The notes: generated by a model not told the origin, from the sequence alone. 64,000 nt of DNA from an uncultured Planctomycetaceae bacterium (GCA_963815195.1 CAWFGE010000020.1:420028-484027); one strand, 5' to 3'; counted from the stretch's first letter, positions 10,980 through 21,227 are shown. Program-made: numbers and translations.

Positions 10980-11447
10980 AATCACCGTGCGCAATTTTGC
11001 GCGTTTTCTGATCCAAATCCGAAGCACGAACTCCTCGTTTGAGCCGTTCCCGCTTTCGCGTAACTGTCAGCCGTCGCCCGCTGCATGAGCAACCGAGAGG
11101 TCGAACGCAAAAGGTTTTTAGGGCCGAAGGCCCGGCCCTATGTCAGCCCAGGACAAGCGCAGCGCCGTCCTGGGTTGCGGATGGTGAATGACACAAAAGC
11201 CCCACCGGGGCGGCCCTAATACAATCCGTGGCGAGATCGCTCATCCACGTTGTGTTCTCCACCAAGTATCGAAAAGCATGGCTGAAGGTATTGTGAATGG
11301 GGATTCATTTTGGGGCCGCCCCGGTGGGGCTTTTGCATTTTGTTCGTTCCCGTTCCCCAGGACTTCGTCCTGGGCTGACATAGGGCCGGACCTTCGGTCC
11401 TATTTCCGTCATTCATTTGGAATCGCGGAAAATTGCGCACGGTGATT
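10980..11447. mobile_element. MITE-like non-autonomous element with 19-bp perfect terminal inverted repeats
   Basis: AATCACCGTGCGCAATTTT (10980-10998) and its exact reverse complement (11429-11447). The flanks rebuild the REP AACCGGGGCTA|GCGCCCTGCGGCT. Confidence 0.75.
11119..11402 (+). mobile_element. Internally deleted IS200/IS605-type (Y1 HUH, RAYT-like) transposase relic flanked by palindromic ends
   Basis: 11222-11296 translates QSVARSLIHVVFSTKYRKAWLKVL*, resembling the TnpA N-terminus (HxVFSTK). Flanked by two pairs of inverted repeats: 11119-11154/11367-11402 and ~11195-11217/~11312-11334. Confidence 0.7.
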
Positions 11448-11660
11448 CAGCGCCCTGCGGCTGATGAAAGAAAACCGGGGCGGACCATCCTGCGGGCGGT
11501 GCCCCCCTGCGGCTTATGAGAGAACCGGGGCTAGCGCCCTCTGGCTGATGAATATCGCATTTCGATCCATTCCACGAGGACTGGAGATCTGCTATTCTTC
11601 CGGTTGGATGTTTCCTGCGAAACCCTTTCCACCATTGGTGATTTTTTGAAGAGAACAGAC

Positions 11661-12230
11661 ATGCCTCAGATTAGTATGGGCGATATAAAGAAGGGAATGA
11701 AAGTCCTGCTGGAAGGCGAGCCTTATGAGATTATCGAGTGCAACTTCCGCAAGCCGGGCAAAGGGCAGGCGATGTACTCGACCAAGCTCCGCAACTTGAT
11801 GAAGGGTACGATCCTCGACCGCACCTATCGCTCGGGCGACAGCCTGGAAAGCGCGGACGTGCACCGCAGTGAGGGGCAATACCTGTACCGCGATGCCCAG
11901 GGCTACATTTTTATGGACAACGAAAGCTTCGAACAGCACACGCTGCCCACGAACTCGGTGGCGGAGAAGGTCCGGTTTTTGAAGGAAGGCGACGTGTGCG
12001 GGATGCTGTACTGGAACGGGCAGCTCATCGATATGACCCCGCCGCAGCAGGTCGTTTTGGAAGTCACCTACACCGAACCCGCGGCCAAGGGCAACACCGC
12101 GACCAACGTGACCAAACCCGCCACGGTGGAAACGGGAGCCGAGGTCCAGGTGCCCGCGTTTATTTCCCAGGGCGAGAAGATCAAAATCGACGTCGCCACC
12201 GGCAGCTACGTCGAACGCGCCCGCGATTAA
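11661..12230 (+). CDS. efp: Elongation factor P
   Basis: RKPGKGQA loop, TYRSGD, YLYRD, FMDNESFEQ, TEPAAKGNTA, TKPATVETG, VPAFI..GEKIKID. Confidence 0.97.
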   Translation: MPQISMGDIKKGMKVLLEGEPYEIIECNFRKPGKGQAMYSTKLRNLMKGTILDRTYRSGDSLESADVHRSEGQYLYRDAQGYIFMDNESFEQHTLPTNSVAEKVRFLKEGDVCGMLYWNGQLIDMTPPQQVVLEVTYTEPAAKGNTATNVTKPATVETGAEVQVPAFISQGEKIKIDVATGSYVERARD

Positions 12231-12305
12231 ATCTTTTTGTTTCCGAGGTTCCAAATCAATTTTTGCCCGAAGTGCAACTTGTATTCATCGAGCCGCTTTT
12301 CGGGA

Positions 12306-12387
12306 ATCGCGAAGCGATGGCAGCATCTAGCCTTGGGCGTAAGCCGGCTTACGCCCAAGCCTAGATGCTGTCGCCACTACGTGGCTA
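12306..12387. repeat. Family-C palindromic repeat
   Basis: cagcatctagccttgggcgtaagccggcttacgcccaagcctagatgctg hairpin. Related copy at 31163-31257. Confidence 0.7.
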
Positions 12388-12431
12388 TCGCAATGCAAAG
12401 TCTTAAATGTTCTTGCCGTTGAGGAGATACC

Positions 12432-13223
12432 ATGAAACCTGTGCCCCGATGTATCGTCTGCGTTTTGCTTCTGCTGTGGTTGATTCCGGCTGTCCAAGCG
12501 GAAGACAAAACCGCGGATGGCGAGTGGATCCAGCTTTTCAACGGCAAGAACATGGACGGCTGGATCCCGAAAATTCGAGGCTACGCCGTCGGGGAGAATT
12601 TCGGGAACACCTTCCGCGTCGAAGACGGCGTGCTCAAGGTCGGTTACGATCAATACGACAAGTTCGACGAAAAGTTCGGGCATCTGTTCTATAAAGACAC
12701 CTTCTCCCATTACGTTCTGCGGGCGGAATACCGGTTTACCGGGGAGCAATGTCCCGGCGGGCCGGGCTGGGCGATTCGCAACAGCGGCTTGATGATCCAC
12801 GGCCAAAGCCCCGAAAGCATGGGCAAGGACCAGAAATTTCCCGTGTCGATCGAAGTCCAACTCCTGGGAGGCTCCGGCTCCGGCAAACGCCCGACCGCGA
12901 ACCTGTGCACGCCGGGCACGAACGTCGTCATGGACGGGGAACTCATCACCCGCCACTGCACCAGTTCCCGCTCGAAGACCTATCACGGCGACCAATGGGT
13001 CACGGTGGAAGTCGAGGTCCACGGCAGCGGGACCATCACGCACAAAGTCAACGGCGAAACCGTGCTCTCCTACACCAAGCCCCAACTCGACCCGAAGGAC
13101 GCCGACGCCAAGAAACTCATCGTCGGCGACAAACTGCTGTTGGAAGGCGGCACGATCTCCCTTCAATCCGAAAGCCATCCCGTCGAGTTCCGCAAAGTGG
13201 AACTGAAAGTGTTGAAGGAATAA
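12432..13223 (+). CDS. DUF1080 (3-keto-disaccharide hydrolase-like) secreted protein
   Basis: Signal peptide, WIQLFNGKNMDGW, NSGLMIH, EVQL, ISLQSESHPVEFRKV. Confidence 0.88.
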   Translation: MKPVPRCIVCVLLLLWLIPAVQAEDKTADGEWIQLFNGKNMDGWIPKIRGYAVGENFGNTFRVEDGVLKVGYDQYDKFDEKFGHLFYKDTFSHYVLRAEYRFTGEQCPGGPGWAIRNSGLMIHGQSPESMGKDQKFPVSIEVQLLGGSGSGKRPTANLCTPGTNVVMDGELITRHCTSSRSKTYHGDQWVTVEVEVHGSGTITHKVNGETVLSYTKPQLDPKDADAKKLIVGDKLLLEGGTISLQSESHPVEFRKVELKVLKE

Positions 13224-13234
13224 ACGGTCGCGAA

Positions 13235-13263
13235 CGTTTCGGCGGCTGGAAGCCGCCGAAACG
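13235..13263. terminator. Hairpin between convergent genes, probable bidirectional terminator
   Basis: CGTTTCGGCGGCT-GGA-AGCCGCCGAAACG perfect stem. Confidence 0.6.
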
Positions 13264-13268
13264 GAGCG

Positions 13269-14120
13269 TCACGGCAACTCGGGAATCGGCAATACGCCTT
13301 CGCGAAAGGCCGCGAACAAGCTGGCTGCGACCAGATCGGCCGTGGTGCCTGGGTTTCGGCGATGCTCGTCTGCTCGCAGCCAATCGTCGAGTTCCTTGAG
13401 TTTTTCTGCGGCCGGCGGACGATCGAGTGGTCCGCATTCTAAGACCGTCCGCGCACGCCGGGCGGATTCCGCGGCGACTTCCATTCCGCATTTTCTCGCA
13501 ATGAGCGTGTCCGGATACTCCGCCATCAACCACAGATGGAGTTCGATGATCGCGGGTTCCCAATCCGCCAGAAAATCCCGCACACCCGCCAAGAACGGCA
13601 ATCCGAATTCGAGCGTGATCGGAAAACCAGCCGCGTATTCCGAGGCGATGCGGTCCCGAGCCGCTGCAAGCTGCATCATCTCCACCAACGTGCCTGTCGG
13701 CTCCTCTGAGACATCGCCTTCCGCCACTTCGCCCAGGCCGCCAGCTTCCGCCAGCCGAATCGCCCGGTAAACCCAGCGGGCATCTTCGCGGGTCAATCCC
13801 GAAAGAACGCCTGCGATTCCGTCCGCCAATGATTGTTCCGCGGGCACAGCCGCCAACGGAGCCAGGAGCAACAGAATCCCCAGATTGCTGTTGCTGCCGA
13901 CGTGTTCCCGCGTCGCCACCGTGGATCGATAAATCGCCGCCCCGACGCCTTCGGCTGTTGCCAGAATCGGCGCGGAAACCTCGGCCGACTTAATGAAATC
14001 CGCGTAAGTCAAATCCGCAAACGATGCTCCCGGATGCACGTTCCCCGGCTTCCGCGCGGCCGCTTCCAAGACGCACGCCGCGTGGATCCAGGCGGCCAAT
14101 TGAGTTGAGTCACCGTTCAT
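13269..14120 (-). CDS. citG: Triphosphoribosyl-dephospho-CoA synthase family (archaeal/C1-cluster type CitG)
   Basis: ACVLEAAARKPGNVHP, NSNLGILLLLAPL, PDTLIARKCG, NPGTTADL motifs. Confidence 0.82.
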   Translation of the reverse strand: MNGDSTQLAAWIHAACVLEAAARKPGNVHPGASFADLTYADFIKSAEVSAPILATAEGVGAAIYRSTVATREHVGSNSNLGILLLLAPLAAVPAEQSLADGIAGVLSGLTREDARWVYRAIRLAEAGGLGEVAEGDVSEEPTGTLVEMMQLAAARDRIASEYAAGFPITLEFGLPFLAGVRDFLADWEPAIIELHLWLMAEYPDTLIARKCGMEVAAESARRARTVLECGPLDRPPAAEKLKELDDWLRADEHRRNPGTTADLVAASLFAAFREGVLPIPELP

Positions 14121-14184
14121 CCGAATTGCCGAGACAATTTCATTCGCGAAAGCAAAAAGCAACCCTATCGTTTCCCAGGTCTAT

Positions 14185-14655
14185 TTGATAGACGTCGCCG
14201 CGGGAAAATCCAAGCGTCTCGGGAAACCGCTCGATACTGGGGATATTTCCTGGTTACCGAAAGGCGACGGCATCGTATTGGTTTCCCGCGAAAATATGGA
14301 ACCCGACAAACCTGCCATCGCCACGATTTGCCGCACGGATTTGACAGGGAAGCTCACGCCAATCCGCAGAGGCAACCGCCCGGTCGTTTTGGGGCCGCTC
14401 GAACGGATCCTGTTTGAAGACCAGGAAGCGGAGGAATGGAAAACCTGTAACTTCCAAGGCGAAATTGTGAAACTCCTGGGGGATGGAATGAAGGGGTTTG
14501 GCTTCCCTACGCCGTCGCCCGACGGGAAGCGCCTTATGATGATGAAATTCGGCCGCCCGAATGGACCGCGCCCTTTCCTTGTCGAGATTGCGACGGGAAA
14601 GACAAAACCGTTGGAAGTCGGCCCGGGACTTTGGGGAAGACCGAACGGGCGGTGA
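14185..14655 (+). pseudogene. C-terminal fragment of a TolB/PD40-like beta-propeller protein
   Basis: ISWLPKGDGIVLV and PTPSPDGKRL repeats. No credible start or RBS, and it begins abruptly 65 bp from the citG start. Confidence 0.5.
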
Positions 14656-14805
14656 GCCCCGATGCTTTCCAATGAATGACCCTTGAATGAACGACCGATA
14701 CGCGGCGGTTCCCTCGACGGGTTCGGACCGCATGGTTATTCTGGGACTCATCGAACAACTTGTCCCAAACGGTTTCCTTCATCATCTTCAACATGAAAGC
14801 TCACC

Positions 14806-15861
14806 ATGAAACTTTCCCAGTGGACCCTTGGACTTGCTTTGGCTTGTGGACTTGGCTTGATGTCATGCTCCTCGATGAACGTCCTGAACGCAGCGGAAAA
14901 AACTGAAACCAACGTCAAACTCCAGCCGAGCGACCGCGTGGTGTTCTTGGGCGATTCCATCACGCAAGCGGGAGCCAAGCCCGGCGGCTACGTCACGCTG
15001 GTCCGCGAAGCGCTCGCCAAAAATCCAAACACCAAAACCATCGAAGTTATCGGAGCCGGCATCAGCGGCAACAAGGTTCCCGACCTGGAAAATCGGCTCG
15101 AGCGAGACGTGCTCGGCAAAAAACCCACTATTGTGGTGATCTACATCGGCATCAACGATGTCTGGCATTGGAACCGCAACCGCGGCACGAAAAAAGAGGA
15201 TTTTAAGGCCGGCCTCGAACGGATCATCTCCCAAATCCAAAATGCCGGGGCGAAAGTCGTGCTGTGTACGCCCAGCGTCATCGGCGAAAAGACCGACGGG
15301 AGCAACGAGTTCGATTCGATGCTCGACGAATACTCCGCCATCAGCCGCAACGTCGCCAAGGAGCAGCACGTCCAATTGCTCGATCTGCGAAAAATCTTTG
15401 TCACCGAACTGAAAGACCGCAACAAAGACAACGCAACCCGCGGCGTGTTGACGGGCGACGGCGTGCACTTGAACGCCGCCGGCAACCAGTTCGTCGCGGG
15501 GCAGATGCTCGCCGCTTTGGGAGTCAATCAACCCGCCGAGGAGAAAAAGCCCGGCAAGGTGCTCCGGCACGTGGTGCTGTTCAAGTTCAAAGACGACGCG
15601 ACCAAGGAGCAAATTCAGGAAGTCGTGGATGCCTTCGCCGCGCTTCCCAAGAAGATCAAAGCGATCGAAGATTTCGAATGGGGCACGGATGTCAGCGTGG
15701 AAAACAAAGCCAAAGGGTTTACGCACGGATTCATCGTGACCTTCGCCGACACCGACGGCCGCGACACGTATCTACCGCACCCCGCCCATAAAGAATTCGG
15801 CAAACTCGTCGGCCCCCGCGTGGCGGACGTGCTGGTCTTCGACTTCTGGGCGAAGAAGTAA
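14806..15861 (+). CDS. Secreted SGNH/GDSL hydrolase fused to a C-terminal Dabb (stress-responsive A/B barrel) domain
   Basis: VFLGDSIT, GISG, GIND, DGVH blocks, then LRHVVLFKFK...FEWGTD...FTHGF...YLPHPAH. Confidence 0.88.
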   Translation: MKLSQWTLGLALACGLGLMSCSSMNVLNAAEKTETNVKLQPSDRVVFLGDSITQAGAKPGGYVTLVREALAKNPNTKTIEVIGAGISGNKVPDLENRLERDVLGKKPTIVVIYIGINDVWHWNRNRGTKKEDFKAGLERIISQIQNAGAKVVLCTPSVIGEKTDGSNEFDSMLDEYSAISRNVAKEQHVQLLDLRKIFVTELKDRNKDNATRGVLTGDGVHLNAAGNQFVAGQMLAALGVNQPAEEKKPGKVLRHVVLFKFKDDATKEQIQEVVDAFAALPKKIKAIEDFEWGTDVSVENKAKGFTHGFIVTFADTDGRDTYLPHPAHKEFGKLVGPRVADVLVFDFWAKK

Positions 15862-15869
15862 TCGCAAAA

Positions 15870-15932
15870 TCAGCCGAAACGCGCTAGCGTCCGGTTGTTG
15901 CGGTGAACCGGGGCTAGCGCCCTGCGGCTAAT
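15870..15932. repeat. Family-A REP-like inverted pair
   Basis: Contains AACCGGGGCTAGCGCCCTGCGGCTAAT. Further copies at 1626-1652, 11523-11549, 40062-40090, 45447-45473, 49242-49269, 52774-52800; variants at 17515-17581 and 60816-60875. Confidence 0.8.
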
Positions 15933-16002
15933 CGGTCTGTCACAATGACGCCGGCTTGGGTGGCAGTGCCCTTCGTGCCTCAGGGCAATGCCACCCAATC
16001 TG

Positions 16003-17306
16003 TCACGACAATGCGGCAGTCTCCTGCAGCGCCTCCTTTGCGGCCGCGATGGTTTGATCGATCATCGCGTCCGTGTGGGCGGTGGAGACGAAATTGGCCT
16101 CGAACTGGCTGCACGGGAGGTAGATGCCGCGATCGAGCATCCCCCAAAAGTAGCGCGCGAATTGCCGGGTGTCGTTCTTGGCGGAGACGGTGTAGTTGAC
16201 GACTTTTTCCGGATTGAAGAACAGCGTAAACATGCTGCCGACCTGGGCGGTTTGATGCGGGATGCCCGCTTCGGTCGCGGCTTCGCAGAGGCCCTTCACC
16301 AGCCGAAGGGTGCGGGCTTCGAGTGCTTCGTAGGGATTCAATTCTTGAAGTTCCTGCAAGGTAGCCAGGCCGCAGGCCATCGCCAACGGGTTGCCTGACA
16401 GCGTGCCCGCTTGATATACCGGACCGACCGGGGAGATGGAGTGCATCACCTCGGCCCGGCCGCCGTAGGCTCCGACGGGCATTCCGCCGCCCAGGATTTT
16501 TCCGAGCGTCGTCAAGTCGGGCATCACGCCGAACCGCTGTTGTGCGCCGCCCAAGGCCACGCGGAAGCCGGTCATCACTTCATCGAAGATCAACAGCGCT
16601 CCATGCCGGGTGCACAGTTCGCGGGCGGTTTCCAGAAAGCCGGGCTCCGGGACGACGACGCCCATGTTCCCGACGACGGGCTCCAGAATCACGCAGGCGA
16701 TTTCGTCGCCTCGGGCCTGGAAGGTGTCGGCGAGTTGTTGGGGGTTATTGTATTCGAGGGCGATCGTGTCGGCGGTGCAGCCCGCGGGAACGCCCGGGCT
16801 CGAGGGCACGCCGTGGGTCAAAGCCCCGCTGCCCGCTTGGACGAGCAGGCTGTCCACATGCCCGTGATAGCAGCCGGCGAACTTGACGACGACGTCCCGC
16901 CCGGTATGCCCGCGAGCGAGGCGGATGGCGCTCATGGTGGCTTCCGTCCCGGAATTGACCATGCGAACCATTTCCACCGAAGGCACGAGTTCGACGACCA
17001 GTTCCGCCAGTTCGGTTTCGAGTTCTGTGGGTGCGCCGAAGCTCGTCCCGAGGGCCAATGTGTTTTCGACGGCGGAGAGCACCCTGCCGTGATGATGCCC
17101 CAGGATATGAGGCCCCCACGAGCCCACGTAGTCCAACAGCTCGTTGCCGTCGATGTCGTAGAGATGCGCCCCTTGGCCGCGTTTGATAACCAGCGGCTCG
17201 CGGCCGACGGCTCCGAAAGCGCGGGCGGGGCTGTTTACGCCGCCGGGAATGGTTCGGCTGGCTCGTCGAAAATGTTCGATGCTTTTCTGCGCGGCAATTC
17301 CGGCAT
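16003..17306 (-). CDS. hemL: Glutamate-1-semialdehyde 2,1-aminomutase; apparent 1-nt deletion near 17284
   Basis: IPGGVNSPARAF, DYVGSWGPHILGH, NSGTEATM, YHGH, FDEVMTGFR, LGKILGGGMP, QAGTLSGNP. The ATG at 17306 is out of frame across an A-run. Confidence 0.95.
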
Positions 17307-17600
17307 GATTTCAAGGCTCCCTGCTTCGGTCCTCTCAGGTGGTGCGTCTTCGCCGATTGTAGGCCGGGAACCAAGGCCTTCGCAACGACAGGCAACCGGC
17401 GGGAACGCGCGGGCGTCTTTTGCCCTCGAACCGGGGCGGACCACCCTGCGGCGAATCGATGCGACACGTCTTCGAGGGACTTAGGCGTCCGAGAAATAAG
17501 TGTCCTCTATTCTTTGAGCGGCTGGCGCTAGCCGCCGGCTTTTCGCGTTCCACCAGCCGGTGGCTAGCGCCATTCCGCTCAGTTATTTCTCGAATGACCC

Positions 17601-19496
17601 TTACTGCACCATGAAGTTCAGACTGTAGGTGGCGACCTTGCGGCTGAGTTGGTCTTCCACGGTCAAGGTCATCACGTGCGGGCCCAGGGAGATTCGCTGC
17701 GGAATGGTGAACTCGTAGCTGTGGAAATAATCCCTGCGGTGGTTGTGGCAGTAATCTTCCGTCGGCTCAAAGTCGAACCGCTCGACGAGTTCCCCGTTCG
17801 GACCGAGCCGATGGATCTCGATCGACGACTTGAGTTGCGTGCGGTAGGCCGTTTCGTTGGGCTTGTTGGGCAGCGTGGTGGGGACGCTTTTGAAGTTGGC
17901 GACCTCGGCGTAAACCAGAACGGGCTGGCCGGGGCCGAACTCATCCCGCGGGAAACGGTCGAAATTCCCGAAGCTGGAAATCTTATGGCAGAACGCGACG
18001 TTCCGCAGTTCCAACCGGGCGTTCTCCTGCAGCTTCTGGATGGCGGTGCGGAGTTGGGCGATCGTCTGGGTGGCCCGGTAATCATCCTGGGGCATCGACT
18101 CGAAGTCGAAATAATTCGACATCGCCCAGAGCGTCTGCTGCCAGAACTCCTGGTCCGCGGCGGGAATGTCCGGGATCGCGGTGACCGCCTGGGCTTCGCG
18201 GCCGGCCATCAAATACAGCATCCGCAAATAAACGTGCTTTTGAATGTAGGCGTGTTTCTTTTCGGGCGTGGTCTGGTCCGCAAACCGCAGCTGGCCGACT
18301 TCCTTCTCCATGTTCGCGACAACCTTCGCGAGCGCCTCGTCAAACGACTTCCCGCCGGCGGGATTGGATTGGGCGTTCGGATCGGTGCCCGTCGGCGGCG
18401 GTCCGAAGGAATCCGCGAGGTTCAGCGAATCGCCCACGCCGGGCAGCTTCTGATCGGGATTTCGGCTGGCGGAGCGAATCAGCGGCGCGCTGCCGGGGGC
18501 AAACGGATCGCCGCCGTTCCGGGCGTAATTCGGAACGGGCGGAACCAGCGGGTTGTACTCCGTGGGAATCCGCGCGTTTTGAGGCGACAACCGCGGCCGC
18601 GGAATCGGCCCGCCGGGACGGCCGGGCTTGTTGACGGGCGACAACGCTCCACCCGGCGGAGGCTGGATTTCATTCGCCGAACGGCCCGCCTGGTTGTTGG
18701 AGATCCGGCTCTCGCCAGGCACGCGGGGATCGGTTCCCGGACCATATCCCGCGAAATGGTCGGCGCCCGGCCGGGCGGGGATTTGATTGAAGGGCAACGG
18801 CGACGGCGGGAGACTGGAATCGCCGCCCGAACCGCTGCGGGCGTTCGTGGAGGTTTCGCGGTTCCAAGGATCGGCCGCTCCCAATCCCGGATCGCGCGCC
18901 GGATCGCGACCCAGGATGGCCCGTGTTTCCGTGCTGTGCCCCGCGGAGATGGCTTCGGAATCTTCATCGGCTGGCTCTTCCCCGGCGACGAGTTGGATTC
19001 GGCTGGGGGCTTCGGGCACGGATTGTTGGCGCATTTCTTCCGCCGAGACGAACCGGTGCGGCGCATCCTGCCCCGCTTGCCGGACCACTCGCCGCATGCG
19101 GATGATCTGCCGGACCATCGCCGGCGGAAGGCTGACCACATCCTTGTAAAATTGCTCTTTCTCCCCGGGCGGCGTGTTTGCGAGTTCCGCTTGAATGAGC
19201 TTTTGCGTTTCCATGTCGAAGCGGGCCAGCGTCTCGGTTGCGGGGGTTTTCCGCGACGTTTCGGTGCTGTGTTCCGCGGAGGCTGCTTCCCGCTCGTTGG
19301 AAGGATCGGCCTCGGCGAATTGTTCGGAGGCGGCGTCGGCGCGTTCGCGGAGGGGGTTAACGTATGTCGGCCCGTGAGAAGGCTTGGACCGACTCGGCCA
19401 GTATTTGCCGACCACCGATTGGGCATTGAGGCCGCAACCTGCAAAGCCCAAGACGCACAACGCCAAAAACGCCATGAGCCGGGAAAAGCGTCTCAT
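17601..19496 (-). CDS. Hypothetical lipoprotein, Pro-rich centre and conserved-looking C-terminal domain
   Basis: MRRFSRLMAFLALCVLGFAGC lipobox. Low-complexity linker, then helical and beta-rich domains (FCHKISSFGNF, RRDYFHSY). Confidence 0.75.
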   Translation of the reverse strand: MRRFSRLMAFLALCVLGFAGCGLNAQSVVGKYWPSRSKPSHGPTYVNPLRERADAASEQFAEADPSNEREAASAEHSTETSRKTPATETLARFDMETQKLIQAELANTPPGEKEQFYKDVVSLPPAMVRQIIRMRRVVRQAGQDAPHRFVSAEEMRQQSVPEAPSRIQLVAGEEPADEDSEAISAGHSTETRAILGRDPARDPGLGAADPWNRETSTNARSGSGGDSSLPPSPLPFNQIPARPGADHFAGYGPGTDPRVPGESRISNNQAGRSANEIQPPPGGALSPVNKPGRPGGPIPRPRLSPQNARIPTEYNPLVPPVPNYARNGGDPFAPGSAPLIRSASRNPDQKLPGVGDSLNLADSFGPPPTGTDPNAQSNPAGGKSFDEALAKVVANMEKEVGQLRFADQTTPEKKHAYIQKHVYLRMLYLMAGREAQAVTAIPDIPAADQEFWQQTLWAMSNYFDFESMPQDDYRATQTIAQLRTAIQKLQENARLELRNVAFCHKISSFGNFDRFPRDEFGPGQPVLVYAEVANFKSVPTTLPNKPNETAYRTQLKSSIEIHRLGPNGELVERFDFEPTEDYCHNHRRDYFHSYEFTIPQRISLGPHVMTLTVEDQLSRKVATYSLNFMVQ

Positions 19497-19789
19497 CGTA
19501 GCATCCTTGCAACGGAGAGGGCGCGAACAATCGAAAGGACGAGGCGGACGGGAATTTCCCACCGTCCTCAAATGAAAGGAGCGGGAAGATAGTCCATTCC
19601 GGCCATTTCCTCAAGACCGAAGCAAACGGAGCACAAGAAGAATCCACCGAGCGGCCGGGAAAGAAAAACTGGTCAAAAGTTCAAGAGATTTCCTGCGACT
19701 GCATTGGCGGCTTGAAAGGCGCGAATATTCACGGTCTGAAGTTTCTCTTATTCGCGATACCATCGCGGAGCGATGGGCGACATTCGGCA

Positions 19790-21227
19790 TCAAACCGAAA
19801 TCTCTTCCGGATCCTCATCGCCGGCGCGGGGGTAGCGGTCCAGGATCGGTTTGATGATGTTGTGCAAGAAGGCATCGACTTGTTCCGGAGCCCGGCCGAT
19901 GAAGCGGTGCGAATCCATCAGTTCGTCGAATTGGACCTCCGCAAATGCGGATTCTTGTTTCAAGCGGTCCAACAGATCGTTTCTCCCGCCATGCTGTTTC
20001 ACCTGCGCCGCGGCCGCCTGGCTGTGGCGGCGGATGACTTCATGGAGTTCCTGCCTGTCCCCGCCGGCCTGGACGCCGGCCATCAAGATTTCCTCGGTCG
20101 CCATGAAGGGTAATTCTTCGTAGAGGTTCTTCGCGATGACCCGCGGATACGCCACCAGGCCCGCGGCGATGTTGCGATACAGAATCAGCACCGCGTCGGT
20201 CGTCAAAAACGACAACGGCAGCGACAGCCGCCGGTTTGCGCTGTCGTCGAGCGTGCGTTCCATCCACTGCGTCGCCGCGGTCTGCTCGGCGTTGGAAACC
20301 AAACTCAATGCAAACCGCGACAACGCGCCCATTCGCTCGGCCCGCATCGGGTTTCGCTTGTACGCCATCGCGGACGAGCCGATTTGCTGCTCCTCAAACG
20401 GTTCCTCCAATTCCTTCCGGCTTTGCAGCAGCCGAAAGTCGGTGCCGGCTTTGTGGGCGGATTGAGCGATGCCGCTGAGCGTTTGCAGGATGTAACTATC
20501 GACCTTCCGCGGATACGTTTGGCCGGTGACGGCGTAGGTTTGGGTGAAGCCCATTTTCTCCGTCACCCGGCGGTCGAGTTCCTCGACTTTTTCGTGATCG
20601 TTGTTGAAAAGCGCCAAAAAACTGGCTTGCGTGCCCGTGGTGCCTTTGACGCCCCGGAAGCGGAGCGTTTCGAGGCGATGCTCGATTTCCTCGAGGTCCA
20701 GGACCAGATCGTAGCACCAGAGTGTGGCCCGTTTGCCGACGGTCGTGGGCTGGGCGGGCTGGAGGTGCGTAAAGCCCAGGCAAGGCAGATCGCGGTGCCG
20801 GCGGGCGAACTCCGCGAGATAGGCGATCACCGCCACCAGCCGTTTGCGGACAAGCCGCAGGGATTCGCGGGTCTGCAGCAGACTCGGTGTTGTCCGTGAC
20901 GAAGCAACTCGTGGCCCCCAAATGGATGATCGGCCCCGCATCGGGGCATTGGTGTTTGAACGCATGCACGTGGGCCATCACATCGTGGCGGTACTCTTTT
21001 TCGTAAAGGGCCGCGAGATCGAAATCCACATCGTCCACGCGGCCCGCCATCTCGGCGACTTGTTGGGGGGTGATGTCCAGGCCCAATTCGCGCTCGGACT
21101 CCGCGAGCGCCACCCACAACCTGCGCCAGGTGGAGTGTTTTTTCTGGGCGGACCAAATCCGGCTCATCTCGGCCGACGCGTAGCGGGTCAGAAGCGGATT
21201 TTGATACGATTCATGTTCGGCAGCCAC
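19790..21227 (-). CDS. purB: Adenylosuccinate lyase; apparent frameshift near 20883
   Basis: [33 protein letters not shown] in one frame. [35 protein letters not shown] in another. Confidence 0.95.

Larger units (their letters stand above)
10900..11550. repeat. Cluster of family-A palindromic REP-like repeats, one interrupted by an insertion
   Basis: Inverted long-variant copies at ~10900-10945 and ~11472-11515. Split copy at 10969-10979 / 11448-11465. Intact copy at 11523-11549. Confidence 0.75.

Noticed and set aside
10900..11550. Possible CRISPR array
   Set aside because: Repeats are inverted and irregularly spaced, with no repeat-spacer periodicity and no cas genes.
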